From Phoronis australis (lineage: Eukaryota; Animalia; Phoronida): a stretch of 64,000 bases of DNA. Within the stretch, counting starts at the first letter, position 1. Every line of letters begins with the position of its first letter. The DNA lies in the NCBI GenBank assembly GCA_002633005.1, contig NMRA01000360.1:1-64000 (forward strand). Direction: 5' to 3'. A program made the position numbers and the translations under genes. The notes beneath the pieces are model-generated. The model saw only the letters and a program-made list of their open reading frames with translations. It searched no databases and was not told the DNA's origin. This document shows positions 62,191-64,000 of this stretch, one piece after another.

Positions 62191-64000
62191 AGGAATAAAA
62201 ATCACTTCGACGACTCTCGTTTTGACGAGAGCACTTTGCGCTGCTTTGAGTTTCGCCTTTAGAAAATATAAGTTTAACATTACTAGTAAAATATTATTTA
62301 TATACATTTAATGAGATCATGAGTTTATTTTCAGTCTTAGTTTGGCCTCGGGTAACGTTTCGAATTTGCTTACCGAGTTCCCCGGCCCAGTGTGACTATT
62401 TTCTCAATTTGTGTCTGGCAGTTTGAAAGTAAGACGTGTTTATGTCGAGTTACTATCTATAAAAGTTAATTTTAAATTTTTAAATACATTTGAATAATTG
62501 GGGATGTTGATGTGCTAGCAGTGAAAGGCATTCCGTTCGGTTAGGAACGTTGAATGCGCGATGTAGTGCGAGAACGCGGTCCACGGATAATACTAGTCTG
62601 ATGGAGGATAATATAGTTTTATTACACAATCTTCTACTGATACTACTGAGTCTGTTACAATCCATGCGATCATACACTTATATAGTGACACATATGAATC
62701 ATGACAGGATATACTGTACAAACAAGTTTACTACAATTCCTCATGTTGGGGGTGTACTTACATGAAGGAGATTATTGTACCGTAACCTATATTCGGGGCA
62801 AATAGGTCACAATTTTAGCATTCTGTCTTGACTCTCGCAGATCAGAATTAAAAGTAATTTCGACTTGCAAAGCACAAATATCTTTATTTTTCTGTTTAAA
62901 ACATTATATAGAGGTATTAAGCTAACATGTTGAAAGTATGCACGTGGAGGTTTGTAACACTTTAAAAGATTAGATCTTACGCCATGACTGGCTTTTTTAG
63001 AATAAATTTCCAATTTTTCTCGACTCCTGGCTGTTTCCGATATCACCGAGAACCCAAATGTACATTCATGAGAAAATTATTCATTCAACTTACTACTGCA
63101 GTAGAACATCAGTGCTTTCACTTAACTTAGTTGTCCTGTGCTATAGTTTCGTGCTTTACCAACTGATGATGGTTTTAAAAATAAAGCGAAACGTTTTGGA
63201 GTTTTTGATTATAGCCTTTGTTCTTTGATTTCTCATTACAATACGGCAAAAGACTAGACAGGTGTAATTCGAACAAAAATCGTTCTTCAGAAAAAACAAT
63301 CAAAGCAAGGTGTGACATGCTTATGGGTCTTCTATCTTTTTCCAATTCTATTTTTTTGTGGTGGCATTTTTCACAAAATGTGACTTCCTCTCCCTACTTT
63401 ACGCAAAATTTGATCAGCTGATATGCTGTTGTGTTGAAATCTGAATGCATGGCTGCCAATCTATTTGGGGTTGGCACGTAATATTTAGTTTTCATGTTAA
63501 AAGTCCGTATTTTTCATGTTCATATGCAACATTTTCTGAAAGTTTAACTTTCAGTCAAAAGTTGATGTGAAACCCCCAAAACTACAAATTTTTATATTTT
63601 GCTAAGAAGACCAAGCGAAAAACGCAGATGACGTTGTTGTTTTATGGCAGACTCCGTTGAATTCGTCCCACCGGACCACGGGGCCTCTTCAAATTGCCAA
63701 TGATTGCAAAGGTATTTTTATTTTCAGCTGGTTTTTAAGAGAAATAAATGATCAAAATCCGTAATAGTACAAAGTCCATACGTAGCGAATGTAGGTTCTA
63801 CACGTACGTAAAATACGGGCAAATCCGAACAGTCGGCAGCCCGGGGAAAGCAAGACAAAAAGCCGACACAATGCGCCAATTGGCCAACATTAAGAAAGCA
63901 CAATTTGTCAATGAAAAACTTTATGCACCAATGTCCCTGCCAGTGAGATTGGGATAAAATGTAATTGTTTTTCTTATGCTGTTTGAGAATCATTACTAAG

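Noticed and set aside
56100-64000. A fourth EMI-like paralog or other gene in the last 8 kb
   Set aside because: No signal-peptide exon or WCC/CC.GY exon found by eye on either strand; the region appears to be transposon remnants and simple repeats, though small exons could have been missed.

Overview
This is intron-rich animal (invertebrate) genomic DNA; lophotrochozoan origin is my inference only. (1) Positions 550-31335 (+) hold 25 readable coding exons of Mediator kinase-module subunit MED13, whose first exons lie upstream of the window; a ~2.1-2.4 kb 3'UTR follows. (2) Tail-to-tail with it on the minus strand is a complete 10-exon selenoprotein N gene (SELENON, 43392->37779, 512 aa). The ORF track breaks it at an in-frame TGA (39058-39060) that reads as selenocysteine in LDDQSC-U-GSGRTLR. 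It has an SRE-like hairpin just after the UGA, a form-2 SECIS about 1 kb into the 3'UTR, and a GC-AG intron. (3) Positions 44367-56006 contain three paralogous 4-exon genes (+,+,-) for small secreted proteins: signal peptide, variable pro-region, one stand-alone 8-Cys EMI-like domain and an amphipathic C-terminal tail. This is the least familiar system here. (4) The rest is transposon debris (Helentron-type HINEs, TTAA-flanked Kolobok-like elements, TA-flanked and CAGGG-ended MITEs, Penelope GIY-YIG/hammerhead remnants, LINE and IS3EU-like fragments), microsatellites, and one probable assembly-derived 745-bp duplication. All gene models were built by eye from splice signals, frame continuity and remembered family motifs; no database search was run.
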